From Harriotta raleighana (taxonomy: Eukaryota): DNA of 64,000 bases. Each line of letters begins with the position of its first letter. Position 1 is the first letter of the stretch. The DNA lies in the NCBI GenBank assembly GCA_050575255.1, contig JBNZDD010013686.1:1379114-1443113 (forward strand), in the 5' to 3' direction. Both the position numbers and the translations under genes were made by a program. Shown piece after piece: positions 24,401 to 38,482 of the stretch. The notes below the pieces were generated by a model. That model had not been told where the DNA came from. It worked only from the letters and a program-made list of their open reading frames with translations, and made no database searches.

Positions 24401-25752
24401 CCCTTCTGAAGTGCACACATGCTTTCTATTTTACAGCACAGTAGAAACTTGTTTTACAGCTAAGGCACAAACAGTCTGAGCCAATTAAATTAACATGTCA
24501 ACATAGTTCTAGTCAAAAGTAAACAGGAACTTTTCCTAGGTACTACAAACCCTGGAGTTGTGTTTATATGAGCTGCAAGCAACAAGCAACAGGACTCCAG
24601 ACTTTCTATGAAGCAGTTAACACTTTAGTATCCATGCAAACCGCTATTTCCCACCTTTGTTTCCCAGCTACACATGTATACACTCTAATGTTCAAAATCC
24701 ATCTTAATATAAAAACATCTGAAATAGGCGTCCCAAGTTTAAAACGTGAAGTAGAGATGTGTTTGCACTAACTGAGTAAAATATTCAAACATGCGTTTCA
24801 ATAGCAGCCACTGCAAACCTCTTCTAATTACCTGGATCAGTAATAACACGTCAATTATAAAACACTAGGAAGGTACACTTCAATTCTCAGTGTAATAGAG
24901 TGCTCCATCTCTCACCCTCCCTCATGCATATGCAATGGCAAAACAAATGATAAATAGCTTTGCTACTGGCACAAATCCAGACTTGTAGGGGATCCTTACT
25001 GATGGGAGTTTGACCCAGCAGTAATTTTGTTTTCAGATCACACTCCCTTCCCCAGTAAAATCCCTGCCCACAACTCTAAAATAATCACCTTAAATGCCAA
25101 AATGGACAGTTAGGTGTGGCTCAATGATATCCACAGCTGGAAGGGAAAAGGGGGAAAGGGGAAAACGCAATCACAGCTGAGACAAGATGCTTTGAAAAAC
25201 ACTTTCTCGAACACCAAGGGTTTGAAGAATCCAGTGGTCGGGAAGTTGAGGAGGGAATAGCACATCCACACCAGCCCACACGATTAGGAAGAGTAGCCAG
25301 CAGCCACAAAAACAGCAACACCAGGGAATAGAGCCAAGTGCTGGAGTGAATGTAATGTTGCCGTAGGGCACCAGTGGTCACAAAACACACAAGGGTTGAA
25401 TGCCAATGTCAATGCATTACTACTGCTAGCTGAAAAAAAACTAAAGACAACTCCTTATGATCTATTGCCAATGTCCCCTCATCAGCTCAGGGAGGATGTT
25501 TTTGCAGTGGATCAGCAGTGAAGAATTGCTTTGTAAATGCAGCCACAATTCTACTCAAGTGTCATATTTAACTTTTGAGCAAAATCACCTCCTGCATCTT
25601 TATGGCATCTACCCAGCAGTAAAATGGAGCCAAGCAGCACAACATTCTTCATCGGAACATCATGTGTCTTAGTGGCCGGCCCTCTCCCGAAATCAGCGCA
25701 CAAAGCCTAGACATTTCCCTGTATAATAATATACATTCCCCCAAAGATAGAT

Positions 25753-26092
25753 GTGGAGTCCTGTAGCTCAGTGGTTACAGCACCTAGTTCGATTCCCAGC
25801 AGGGCAAAATGTTTGGCGAGTTTCCTTACTCCACAAGCCTCTCTTTACCTAACAGGAAGTAGGAACTCGGTTGCTAGTCAATTGGTAGATCACTTTTCCA
25901 GAGGTAAGAATTCCATCCCAAAAAAACACAAATTGGTCACTTCAATCCACGACGGTTCATGGGACACTGCTGTGAACTATTGGCTTCCACATTTCGCCCA
26001 CAAAATATATAGTCAATTCACTTTACAGTATATTCTGTGAAGCATTTTGAGAAGTGTTCAATTGCTATATCAAATGCAAGTATTATTATTAT
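25753..26092 (+). mobile_element. tRNA-headed SINE (long subfamily, deletion in head)
   Basis: GTGGAGTCCTGTAGCTCAGTGG head, GTTCGATTCC B box, shared body and (ATT)n tail. Confidence 0.88.
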
Positions 26093-26374
26093 AAGCAAGC
26101 AATACAAAGTAATTTTGTTGCTGTTCAATCCAACTACCATCCTCCCCCACTCTCTCCCAATCAAGCCACAGTATTGTGCTTGGGTTGATGAAACTGCATC
26201 ACATTGAGAAGTTTATACCGACAATGAGTTTCATTCTTGCACATAAGCAAAGCATTTCCTTTTACATCAAGTGAGCAGGCATGTGAAGATCTTTAATGAC
26301 TAGGATTCTGGACCTGAACCAAAAATTGACTTTTATACAAAGCCTAAACTGTCGGTCTGGAGGCAGAACAAGGT

Positions 26375-26760
26375 CAGCCTGGCTGAGTTGGTTGTATCTG
26401 TGAGTCAGAAGATTATGGGTTCAAGTCTCACATTAGGACATTTTGCATGTAGTGTAGGTTGACAATCCACTGCAGTGCCGGGGTTCCTCCACTTCATCCT
26501 TCTGATGAAGCATTAAACTTAATTCTTGTCTGCCTCTTCAAGTGGATGTTAAAGATCTCATGGCATTATCCCAACAAGCGAGTTGTCCTTCCACTGTCCT
26601 GACCAACATTCCCCCAGATTAAAAAGGCTATTCACCCAAAGGCTATTTGTGGGACACTGCTGCATGCAAATTGGCTGCTGTGTTTGTTTGGTCACTTCAC
26701 TCACAGAAAACTCATCTCTTTGAAGCATTTTGATTAATAAAAGGCACTACAATATACCAA
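26375..26760 (+). mobile_element. Deu-domain SINE (SacSINE1-like)
   Basis: TGAGTCAGAAGATTATGGGTTCAAGTC head; GTGGATGTTAAAGATCTCATGGCATTAT...TGTCCTGACCAAC Deu-like segment; TTTGTGGGACACTGCTGCATGCAAATTGGCTGC 3' segment. Confidence 0.78.
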
Positions 26761-29443
26761 ACGATTAAAGGATTATTATAAAACTTTAAAAAATGAATAT
26801 CTAGAAAGTCCTGGGATCGAAAGCAAAAGTCACATTTTCAGATCCATTTCTGGATTTCATTTTGTGACAAACAAGGATATTAATTGATCAAGTATTTCAA
26901 CAATGGAGATTGCTTTTCACTCAGAGAAAGGAATATGGAAACTGCTCCATCTCAGGTGAAAGCTAAAAATATTGCCCAGATACGCCCACATTGACTGTGA
27001 GAGACAGTGCTGATAATCCTTTCATTGTACTAGGAATCGAGAAGCGAAGTTTCATTCGATTTGTTAGAAACAAATTTGCGTGATGTTTCAATTCAGATCA
27101 TAAACTAATTCCATTTAAAATATGGGCAAGAGTTTTGAAGAATTTGGTTTCCAAAAAAGGAAGAAAAGCTGATACAGTATATCATAAACACAAAGTCAAA
27201 AACGTTTCCATTAAACTAATGACTAAATTTTTTTTTAAAAAAGCATGAAGACATGAAAAGCTCTCTCTCAAATGCAAGTGCAGTATTATTAGTTATCATT
27301 TAAAAAATTGTTATGATACTGTTCTAAAAGTAATGATGTGTCTGTTTGGTCACCAATGCTAGAAAGAGTCCCAATTTGTAAATTATGGTTTTTAAAAAAT
27401 CACATTGGTCAGATTTATGAAGCAAGCATCTGGAATAATGAGTGAAGTTTTTTTTACACCACAAAACCACTTTAATAAGCAGTAAAGATTGGAGTCCCTC
27501 CCTATACTCTATCCATTACTTTTTCTACTTGGACAACATTCCTAAATTTGATCAAAAATCTAAAAATGCCACTGTAAGTGAATGATATGGCTGTACATTA
27601 CTTCTAAAATCAAATCATCTGCTATTCAGTCACAAGACACATTGCCAGTGTATTATCTTGTGATGTTTATTTATGAAAACAACAAATATTTTCTGCCCAA
27701 ATCGTCATGCTTTTCTCATTCAGTAGAAAATTCCTAAATTACAGTTCATTTGGTGTTCAGATGAGTAGAAATCTCCCAGGAATTTGTTCTTATTATTAAC
27801 TGTTCAGAAAAGTTACCTACCTGGATGAATATTTCATTCTCAAGAGATCTAAATTGATGTAAAAGATTGACTGTGAGAGACATTGCTGATAATAGTTTAT
27901 TTTTCAGTTTAGCACATTACCTATAGAAACATAGGTTCAGATGCCCATTTCTATAAATGTGATCACACACATCACTAAAAAAATCTTGAAGTGAAGAAAT
28001 TTGTAGATGAATAGAAAAAATATCAATGCCAATAGTCTTACTTTAAGAATTTTAATCCAGTTCAACATTGATCCAGTTCAAAGCAAACTGGTTATTGTCC
28101 CAATGCCCATTCAGGCTAAGTCACAATTCTTGCATTCATCTCAGCCTTGCAATGGAAGTAACAAAACTGTGAGGAACTCTCTTAGCCTCTCAACCCAAGG
28201 TTAGTCAAGATGCTTAAAAAGTCATCAAATCTTATCAATTTACAGGTTTTCCAAGTTAATTGGATATTGGGCAATTAATATTTTTCTCTTAATTTTTTTA
28301 AACAGTCAGATTTCCTTTCCAAAACTTTAATGGCGACAGTGAATTATTTATTACAAAACAAAACCTCAGCAATATCTAGGTGTGCTCCTTTAATCTGATC
28401 ATGGATTTGGATTTCTAATGACAAGCCATAAAAAACAAATTTCAGTCACTTAAAACTATCATTTATGCCAAGATTAGATTACAGCCTTCAAATCAGTCCC
28501 TAGCATCAGTCATTTTTAATAGTGTACTAATGTTATGTGGAAATTTATTCAGTTCCTGGTCACATGTTGTGCTTGGAGTTATCAGGATATTCACTGAAGA
28601 AGATAACCCATTATGATAAAATTACTACAGATAGAGAAATCTGTAAAATTGCTCATCTGGGAATTCTTTATAAAAAGAGTACACACTTATATAGAGAATT
28701 GTGTTGAAGGATTTCCCCAAGGATGGATTGGCTCATCTAAGGATTCAGATTATGTTGACAATCTTTCTAAATGAAGATGCTTTTAGGTTTTTTAAAAAAA
28801 AAGTATCTTCTTTTTACAAAAAGGCAAAACTTGATCTTGTTACTTTATCCCATTTCCTGTTCTCTCTCTTCCCCCCCACCCACCAATTAGTGGTGGCCCC
28901 ACAAGCTTGACTCAACTAATTCCTCGAGATGATTCATCCACAATTTTTTTCTTTCTTTCCTGTGAGAAAAGAAGGCAGCCAACACCAATCACTCTGGAGA
29001 TAAGATATTGGCCACTGGTACAAAAATGCATTCCAGCACTGATTCTGTGACTTAGAATGTTAAAAGGGGCCCAGGGATTCTAATATAATATACACTGTGG
29101 TGCTGCGTAGAGGAGTGGTTTCTCTTATCCTTGCCTCCAGTTAACAGCTTGTCGTTGCTATCTTCCACTATCAGTACCTTTAAGTACAGCAGGATGTTCG
29201 ACCAAAGGATTAACAAATGTGATAGTTGATTGTTGAGAAATCATTGGTGGATACAACTCAGCTAATGTCTCCTAAAGTTCAATAGCTGTTGTACACTAAT
29301 GTTGTGTAAAATAAAACATAATTGCCAATCTCCTGGAACTTGCTACATTACATAATTTATCTGATAATAGGATATACGTGTAGTTTCTCTACATGGAATC
29401 TCTTGTTCCCCTCACTTGTTTCTATAGAAACCTGCTCTGTGTA

Positions 29444-29672
29444 CAGGCAGTCCTCAAGTTACGTCAGGGATAGGTTCCTAAGATGTGGTGTAAGTCGAAT
29501 TTGTATGTAAGTCGAGTCACCCCCCCTATAATGCTTACAGTAACATACAGTGATTGCTTGTAGTGTCGTAACTTCGGGACTTTGGATGTAACTCGGACGT
29601 AATTTTACTGATATTAAGTGTCGCAACTTCGAATTGTCGTACCTCGGAACATCGTAACTTGAGGACTGCCTG
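29444..29672. mobile_element. Tigger/pogo-type (Tc1/mariner superfamily) MITE, 229 bp
   Basis: Perfect 20-bp TIRs CAGGCAGTCCTCAAGTTACG (29444-29463; reverse complement at 29653-29672); TA TSD at 29442-29443 and 29673-29674; internal repeats of CGTAACT/GTAAGTCG. Confidence 0.93.
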
Positions 29673-30894
29673 TATAACAAAACTTATCGATTTACAATCC
29701 ATAACTAAAGTACACACATCAAACAGTAGGTTAATGAAACTCGAAATCACCTTGTACAAATACAAACACGTTTGTTGATCAAAATATCAACTCAATGTCT
29801 CAGTCTTGACTGACTGCCATAACATAGCCATTTTACACATTGAACCACTAAATTAATCTGCATTCAAAAATCAGTGTTAATTGTAAGAAAAATTGAAGAA
29901 CATGAGTACGACAAGGTCCAATATAAATGGGGCCAGATCAGATTTCATTTTGATCAATACAATATAAATGGAGCCTGTTCTTTTGTGTAACTGGAGCACA
30001 AAACTCCATTCACAAAGTTGGGAACTAATAAAACTTGACCTGTACTTACATGGATCACAGGCTCAGCTGTGTACTACAATTTGCTGAAATGTGAGTTCCA
30101 ACAATCTTGAAACAGAACAAACAACACCTTGAATTAAAGCACTTCAGAGATGCCCACAAATAAGTTGGGACTGCAGTATTTCCACAGAATCTAGTAATCA
30201 CAAGTGTACTCAAGAAGATGTAGACTGTGTTCAATTTGCTTTCTACATGTAGATTGCGCCTTGACAACCGTTACACGATTGACCTTTTATGCAGATTGTG
30301 ATGTTCCACTTGCCATTCGTTCCCCCCCCACCATCGCACATACCACCTTAATATAAATTGGAACTGCAGCCCTCAGCATAGATGGCAGTTCAATACCTAA
30401 ATTGGCCTAAACTCCCCAGACTTAGAAGGAAAATCAGGTAGACTATTCACTCCTGAATGCTATCCAACAACTCAACGGTGCGGAGCAGGATTTCTCACAG
30501 CTGCAGTTTCCACATTTGTCTTCCAGCTTTCAGTCTAAGCTTCAACATGAACACTCATTGTGGCACTTACCAGTGGTTGCCCACAATGGTTTATTTGGCC
30601 ACAAAATTTCTGAGTAAATTGTTCAAAAATTGTTCTCATCTTTCAGAAGACAATACTATATAGAATTGACCTTATACTGTACAATATCTATCTTCAATGG
30701 GAATTAGGAAGGCATCATTGATGGCTAGACATGTTACAGCCACCTGTTTTTGATTTGGTGTGTGGTAGCAACATTCAAAAGGACTGGCAGGGTGATGTTC
30801 TTGGCACATTGTAATTTTACGAGGGATTTTCGTTCGGATGGGGAAGGCTGGCTTCCAATAATATAGCAGATATGTCAGGTAAACAAGTCAACTC

Positions 30895-30962
30895 GTTTGA
30901 AGCGCTCTGAGATGCTGTCCGGTGTGGAGGGCGCTATATAAATTGAAGTTGTTGTTGTTGTT
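30895..30962 (+). mobile_element. L2-type 3'-tail fragment
   Basis: GAAGCGCTCTGAGATGCTGTCCGGTGTGGAGGGCGCTATATAAATTGAAG(TTG)n. Confidence 0.7.
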
Positions 30963-31202
30963 AATGACTCAGATGTAAAAGAAAAGCAAATTATCAACGT
31001 CTACTATTTCACTCCATACAGATTTTTTGAGATCCCAGTGCAAAAAAAAAACTAGTTCTTTCAACATCTTTCTGGTCCTGTATATGATATTTAACATTTG
31101 ATTTTGCCACAAAAGCTGATGTTAATTCATCACTGCAAAAGTCCCAGGTCGCCAGGGACTTATATTTTTAAATGATCTTAAGATTACACAGTGAACATTC
31201 AC

Positions 31203-31560
31203 TGGAGCCCTGGAGTGTATTCATCAGAGCATTCACCTTCCAAGCAAGAGAACCTGGGTTTGATTCCCAGGCAGGGTGAAACATTAAGTAAGTTTTCTTA
31301 CTCCACAGGTCGATTTACCGAGTAGTAAGTAGGAACACAATTGTTAATCGATTGGCAGATCACTAAGTGGAGGTATAAAATAAATAAAACAATAATTTGG
31401 TCACTCAAACCACGACTGTTTGTGAGATACTACTGTAAGCAATTAACTGCCACGTTTTGCCCACAAAACAGTCAATTCACTTTCTAGTATATTCTGTGAA
31501 GTACTTTGAGACATCTCAAAGATGTGATGAAGCAATATATCAAATTCAAGGATTCTTATT
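31203..31560 (+). mobile_element. tRNA-headed SINE (long subfamily), diverged
   Basis: CAAGCAAGAGAACCTGGGTTTGATTCCCAGGCAGGGTGAAAC, shared body and a TATATCAAATTCAAGGATT tail. Confidence 0.85.
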
Positions 31561-33609
31561 CACATATCTCACAGCACAGTGGTTACATTCTGAAAATTAA
31601 GAGGCTCAAATCAATGCTTCTTGGAGGAACCATTTTGTTTTCCCCCAGTCAGTGGGACACAAATGAAATGCAATTGTAGACAAAAATATGCAGCCATTAG
31701 CGCTCAGGATCAGTGCTCCTGATTGCGCACCTCTGGTCACATATTTAACCAAATGAGCAAAATCATTTACGTGTATCATCCCATCAGAACTTTAAACAGT
31801 GGAACTTTATTCACAAATGGGAATCACAGCACTGAGCCCGATTAGGAGTGGGTTTGACATATTCTCTTGCAATTTAGCCAACTCATTCCAACTGCCAAAA
31901 GGACTGCAAATCACATGGAAACAATTACACAAATACATTGACTTGACTTCAGTGATGAAAATGTCATCAACAGATGGATTCTTTACTTTTTCTCCCTGTG
32001 CGGCTTTCACCGTGAAGAGCCATTTTACTTCTACTCGACAAAGTGTGGTTAAGTTGTCAAACACAGGTGATTATTATGTTTTGTTGAAAATCTTAATTTG
32101 AAAAAAAATTGCTGGCCAAGAAAGATTAAATACAGTCACCTTAGCCTGAATTATGCTCATCCAACTCTGCATGTGGTAACCTACAGGAAACATCCTACAC
32201 ATAGCAGTAGGTTGGCCTGAAAACATATTTTGGGTGGGGGCAAATGGCTAACTGGAAACCACCTTCCAGAAAATGTCTTGGAAGAGAAAAAAAAACACAC
32301 CAAAATGTCAGTGGCTTTCATCACATCGAACTGACTGTCTTTGTTCACTACAGTTGAGGCACATATAGGAAAGATACTCCACCCTGCAGCTGTTGTACAA
32401 GCTGAAATGGATACAAGGAGTTTGATCCTGACAGATAAAGGGAATAAAGCCAAAAGAAACTGAATACCTACATTTCTAGGGTTGTACCTAAAACAAATAG
32501 CAGCAAGACAGACAAGCCTGTTTTTTTGTCTACACAAAAGAAAAACTTCTGTTCCTCTGTGATCTATTGTACTTAATTACATTTAAATAAACTTCTGCAA
32601 TTTCAAAGTTTTACTCGAGTATGTATCACCCCACAGCATCTTATACAAAGAGTGAACTCGAGCACAATTTTAAAATAAGCATCCACAAATTGGACAAATC
32701 CAGGTTTGCGCATTGTTTTTTTCCTCACTCCCCATCATTGCTCTTCGGTCACGGCTTCTCCTTTCTGGGGGATGTTCTAGGTTACTGGCCTGGAAGCTTA
32801 CTGCAGATATTTAATAACATTTAAGTTGTTAATTACAAATCCCATACCACAATACATCTCCAACACATTTTGTCATTCAGTATTTGGCCTTATGATTCAT
32901 GGCTGCAGATGCCCACAAGATAAATTTGGAAACTCAACCATGGTGTGTGTGTGCGCGTGCTGTGCATGCAGTAGTGGGTAGGTATACACAATGCTGAACA
33001 ATCACTTCACAGCTCCGAGAGAGTGAATCAGACAGCCATTGGGTTGGGTTTAGCTAAACTAGCCAGAAAATTTCTCAAGGGAAGAAAACAGAATAATAAA
33101 ATAGGAGAATCTCACAGCTCTTACACACAGAAAAAAGGAAACAAAGGGAGGTTGTGAAAGTGTCCGGGGTATCAACTGCAAGAGTTCGGCCAATATAACT
33201 GGGGAAAGGTTAACAGAGGGTGTGGTCTGAATAAAGATGAGATCAGAGCAATCTTAGCAAAGGATCAGAGCGAGCTAAAGAATGTGATGGGCAAAAGTAA
33301 GCGTTTAATCGGTTGGGTTAAGAAAATAATGATCAAAAATAAATAGACAGGAGAAATATTATTCATGGTGTTGAATAACATTTAATGCCATGAATAGAGA
33401 GCAGTGATCCATCTTCAGCATTATTTTATTCTGGATTACGAACATTGTATGGAGTTGCATGGAGCATCTCATCTAGGAGATGAAATCAGGTGAGTAGATG
33501 TTTATTTATAATTGGGAAACCTCAAAGGAGGAATCCCTTCAACACTTCCTTGGAAGTGACAAGGTCACTAATATTCCCTTTCACTTGCCAATATATGTAT
33601 CAATAAAAC

Positions 33610-33965
33610 AAGTGTTCATAACATTTTTAATTCAACAGCGCTCCAAGATGCTGTCCTGCAATGAATACAAATATAAACGCAACTTGTTGTAGTAGTTATA
33701 AAGTGGTTTACTTGGAAGACTTAAAAGATCCAATGCCACTATTTGAAAAGAGAAGGGAGTTTCTCCTGGTGTCCTGGTCATCAAGCCCCTGCATAAAATT
33801 GGTGTATTTACCTCCTGGATGTTTGTGGGAAACTGCTATACACAAGTTGGCTGCCGTGTTCACCTTCAAAAAAATACATTCATTATACTTGACAGTAACT
33901 ACTGTCAAGCACTTTGAGATGATTCATTGCAACATGGTGCAATAACAAATTCAAGATTAATTTAT
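33610..33965 (+). mobile_element. L2 tail fragment followed by a headless Deu-SINE fragment
   Basis: CAGCGCTCCAAGATGCTGTCC...TATAAACGCAACTTGTTG, then TAAAAGATCCAATGCCACTATTTGAAAAGAGAAGGGAGTTTCTCCTGGTGTCCTGGTCA and TTTGTGGGAAACTGCT. Confidence 0.7.
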
Positions 33966-34699
33966 TATGGTTATTTGAAGACAGCTGTGATAAGAGTTTT
34001 AACTAAAAAGTGTCCCTCATCAAGATATCTTTGGTTTTCGCCCCTTAGTTAAATTCCCTGCGTCAGTCAGTTGTTGGTGTGACCCATTCCAACAGGGAAG
34101 GGGTGCAGCTGGTTCCGATTATCCAGAAAATGTTCCCCTGGTCCATTGGACAGTCTGAACCAGACGCCTCCTATGAAGTTTGTGTTCTGGAATCAATCCA
34201 TCTGGAATTTCTCCAGGTTCATCAAGACTCCTAAACTGCCTGAATAGAAGCACTGTGTTTCAATGCTCTGACCTCATTTCAAATAGGTGCTCTCACAACC
34301 CAGCAAAGACTACACATGGAACTTCGGTTGTCAGAAGTGGGCTAGCACTAGACTGGACCACATGGAAAAGTTACAACTACTATTGATGAAATGTTTTCAA
34401 AGAATCATCCTGCAGCCTCTGGCAAGGACATCGAAGAGTTCCATCTTTTAGATCAGTGAAATAAATTGAAGTCTTATTCACATAATCCCACTCACTGCTG
34501 TCAAGAGTTACCGATGCTAACAGATTCACCACAATTTTTTATTTTATTTTTTAAAAGTCTTGCTCCTTGGGGAATAAAAGAGATTTAATTCTTAATGAGG
34601 GGCTGGAATCTGTCAGCATTTGCAGAAGTTTCACTTCTCTTCCCAGATTGAAACAAGGGAAAGAAGAGCAGAACAATGTTGATTATCCATTAAAAAGTT

Positions 34700-35500
34700 A
34701 AAGCACAAGGCATGGTGGTCCTACTAAAGGAACAGTGAGCCATTTTTGCTCATTGTTCTACCATTTTATTAGGCCATGGCAAATCTGGTAATCTAATTTC
34801 TCTGCCTTCTCTTTTTATGCTTAATCTATCAAATCCTTAATGCCCAATTCCTCATCAATCTCCCTTTTAAAATTTTTGATCAACTTTGCATCTACTACCT
34901 TCCGGGACAGCAAGATCCATATTCTCACAAGTCCTCTGTAAGTGAAGAATGTTTTGTGAATTCACTTTCAATGACCTAACTATTTTCAGATGGTGTTCTC
35001 TTGTTTTGGATCCTTCTACCAGAAGGAAAAACATTCCTTCACCAAAAAGGATCTTTATCCAACATGAACAGCTGTACCGCTATCATTCAAGTATTTCCCC
35101 ATAAAGTGAATAGCCTGTCTTTTTCATGACTTCCTTGTTAGCAACTTTATTTCCTCCGGTGGGATTAAAACCCTGCTGAGAAGGTATTTTATTGGGAAAA
35201 AAAATTGTCAGTGAAAAAGTAAAAGGAAACATTTGACAATCCTCCAAGCAATGTCCTGAACTGTAGGTATTGTTTACATTTACCCAAGGCCACAAATAAC
35301 TCAAGGAGGAAATGATAAATTAAGCAACTGAATTTTGCTTGGGCAAAAACATCGTTAAACTTGCTTCCAAGGAGCTCAGTTACCTCTTTAATGCCAACAC
35401 ACATCTTTTCACCTTAATAATTCGTCAAAAATCAAGGGGTTGCAATAGCTGGAGGAGATTCATCCAGCACTTCAGTCACATTCCTGCACAGAATACATGA
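34700..35500 (-). mobile_element. Old CR1-like LINE fragment
   Basis: Decayed CR1 3' features on the minus strand (on +: CCATGGC...TCCCTTTTAAAATTTTTGATCAACTTTGCATCTACTACC...GATCCATATTCTCACAA). Boundaries approximate. Confidence 0.5.
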
Positions 35501-35793
35501 GAAGGCTTGTCTGTTCGTTGATCCTCCTCACCAACTTCTCCACGCTTTCTCATCTCCCACCATTTTAAAATCAAAAAATCATTGTGCCTCTAAACCTTCC
35601 TCCAGGACATTCTCATGGTATTGAAATCAAGGCTCTTAACTCAACTCTTACCCAAGACCTCAAGGCTGTGGAACTCTCTCAGTCTTCTCTTCTTTGTTAT
35701 AAGAGTTTTAAAACAACCATGTTTGTTTGCCCCCCCCAACATTTGAATGCAAATACAGACATTCCATTCCCCTGCCCAACTTCCATTACTTAC

Positions 35794-35952
35794 CATCAAA
35801 CTTTCTATATCTAGACGCAAATGTTGATTGTAGTTTGTCACTAGTTTCCATCACAGCGTGTCTGAATTCATGCTGACTTTGATGGCTGAGCTTTTCCTCC
35901 ATTTCCGAAGTACAGCAGGTGTAGCCTTGGGGACATACTTTTAGGTGTTCTC
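35794..35952 (-). CDS. GPC4: Glypican-4, coding exon 2 (159 nt, phase 1-1)
   Basis: (G)[52 protein letters not shown]; acceptor TTATGTAG, donor GTAAGT; glypican motif HLxxCPQGxTCC; its final G joins AA of exon 3 to make GAA (E). Not reported in the ORF track. Confidence 0.96.
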
Positions 35953-36199
35953 CTACATAAAATCAAAATATTATAAATCAGGATTGTTATGCCAAATAAA
36001 CTTTTCTAGATTGACCGCTCACGCCAGTTATAAGCAAGTAGTCAAAGCATACACTTCTAAAAAAAAAAATTCAATAAAATGATGGCACTGGAATCTTAAA
36101 CACCAAATAAAAATCAGAAAGGATTGAAATAAACAAAACAAACATTTTATTATTTTTCATGGAGAATTTCTCCCATCAAAATTACTAATTGAGATCCTA

Positions 36200-36680
36200 A
36201 TCCAAACATTTATCACAACTGGATTAAATCACACCAACTATCTGATTGCCAGACTACCCACCTCTTCCCTTTACAAACCATAGATTATTCAAGACCTACG
36301 AAGCTCAGATTCATTCCAACCCTCAGCTCTATGAGCCTATCAACCTATCCTTGCCCAGTTCCACATTGGGTCGAGTTCAACATCCTCATCCTTGCCTTTA
36401 TTTCCCTTCAAAACCTTGTCCCACCCTTCCTATGCTTCATGTCCCCCTCCCACCATCAGTGATTGGGTTTTCAGTATTATCTGCCTCCATCCCGGAGTCC
36501 CTTTAACTTGCCCCTTTCCTTGTCTCCTTCTAAGTCCATTTTAAGATCTTCCTCTTCGATTGTGTTTATGGCATCATTCCTTTCCCCTCCCCCCAGTTCA
36601 GTTGGACACCCTGGTCTGTCCAATGACTTTGGACATCATTCCAATGAGAAAGATGCTATAAAAATTTTAATTCAGATCGT
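36200..36680 (+). mobile_element. Old L2-like LINE 3' fragment
   Basis: Pyrimidine-rich decayed ORF2 end followed by GACTTTGGACATCATTCCAATGAGAAAGATGCTATAAAA, similar to L2 tails. Confidence 0.5.
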
Positions 36681-38424
36681 AGTTCCCAAAGTGGCAAAAG
36701 CAATCATGTATACACCTGCCTGAATAGCCCATTGATATGGTAATGTTTGGCATGAAGCCTACCCTGACTGAATCAGGCAATTAAGTGTCATGAAGTTACT
36801 GACAGATATTACTAGATGAGATGTCTGGAAGACTTGAAAAGCGCTATATCAAATGCAAGGATTATTATTATATTTGATATACTTTAAGATGAGTAATAGC
36901 AAGATGGGTAACAAGAGTATTTGTTTGAAGGACTTCTTGTAATAAATAATACGCCCCAGTGATAGGTAACAGTAGGTAACTAAATACTGTGGTCATCAAG
37001 GAGGTAACATCTAGTTAAAATATCCAGCAAAATTGTATTTTGTTGTATGGGAAGCTCTGTTAAACTGATTGCATCATGATCATGACAAATCAGCATCATC
37101 AGCATCCAGCGATTTAAAACTTTGTTTTCACTGTAATGAACATCGGAGTAGAAAAATAATCCCAAAATTAATTCCCAAAGAAAGTCCCCGAACCTCACGA
37201 CTGAGCTCAGGTTCCTCCTTTCCATGGTCTATCCCATTATATAATGAATACTTGGTCCTCTCCGTTTTCCACAAGAGTAGAAAACACTAAAAAGTTAAAG
37301 AACAAAGCATTCTCCTGTCAAAAAAGCCCCTTATTCTAGCTGGAGTGGAAAAGGCAAGCATAAAGTCATGGGAAGGCACTTAAGCTTTTTTTGTTTGTTC
37401 TCCACATGCTGCCTACACTGCTTTATTTGCAATCCTGCCAGTAAAAGGATGTGCATCACACCAACCCACAGGAACTCTGTTCCGATGCAGCATTCAGCAG
37501 AAATTCTATTTCTGCAGTAACTGTGCTGCAATTCAGCATCAAGAACTTTAACCTATTTTTTCCAGGTGATAAGCTGACACAAAGTATACAGTAAAAGTTT
37601 GCTGTTCTCCAACATTTAACTAAAACTAAAATTTTGATTACTGTAATAAGGATCAACACAAAATAAGTGCCTCTCATTTAACTTTCTGGTTTAAAGTGTT
37701 TAAAAATATTTTTTTGTGGGGGTGTGAAAGAGAGACTCATTAGAGTACCCTTAAAAAATGTTTAGTGTCTAAATATTTATGTTGAAGAAAGGGAAGAGAA
37801 ACATACAGAGCCAAGTATCAACTAACCTCTTATTTTAAATAAAATTGCTTTTGTTTCTAAATGCAATGGAAGATTTTTCAGATTTAAAAAAAATATCAAA
37901 GTAAGCTCATACAAAATGAAAATGCCCTGCAGTCTTAAACTGCGACAAGTTTCTATTTTACTGTAATTTCTGAAAGTACATTTCTCCACTACTGATCTAT
38001 CGTTTCCTGACCCAAATTACATAAAGGGTGTAAGGTTAGTTTCCATTTCAAAACCCACAGTCAATCCCCACAATTCAATGCAATCCAGAAACCTAGATAT
38101 TCAAAAAGCATGGTACCTAAGAAACGTCAGTGGTTCTCTCAAAAAATACTATTGAGACTATGCTGGAGAAGGAAGGGGAAGAAATGAAAACCAGTTGAGG
38201 TCTACATTGAAACCATATGGTGTGCTTTGATAGGATTGTTCTCTCCCAGCTGACTGTAATAATCAAGGTGTCCAATCTTAGATTCACAATTCTCTTCTGA
38301 TAACACACTCAGAAATGCCAGCGCAAAACATCATGTCTAAGTTTTTTTTTAAAAAGAAACGTGTAAAATAAACTACATAGCATTGAAGTTTCACAAAAAT
38401 TATACACAAGTGAATGTGATACAA

Positions 38425-38482
38425 CATCAACAACAAAATTGCATTTATAGAGCACCTTTCACATCGGGAGGACATCCCACAA
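38425..38482 (-). mobile_element. L2 3'-tail fragment
   Basis: CAACAACAAAATTGCATTTATAGAGCACCTTTCACATCGGGAGGACATCCCA. Confidence 0.82.

Noticed and set aside
29535-29765. CSEVRQ peptide resembling glypican exon 1 (CSEVR)
   Set aside because: It lies inside the MITE, downstream of exon 2 in gene orientation, with no signal peptide; chance match.
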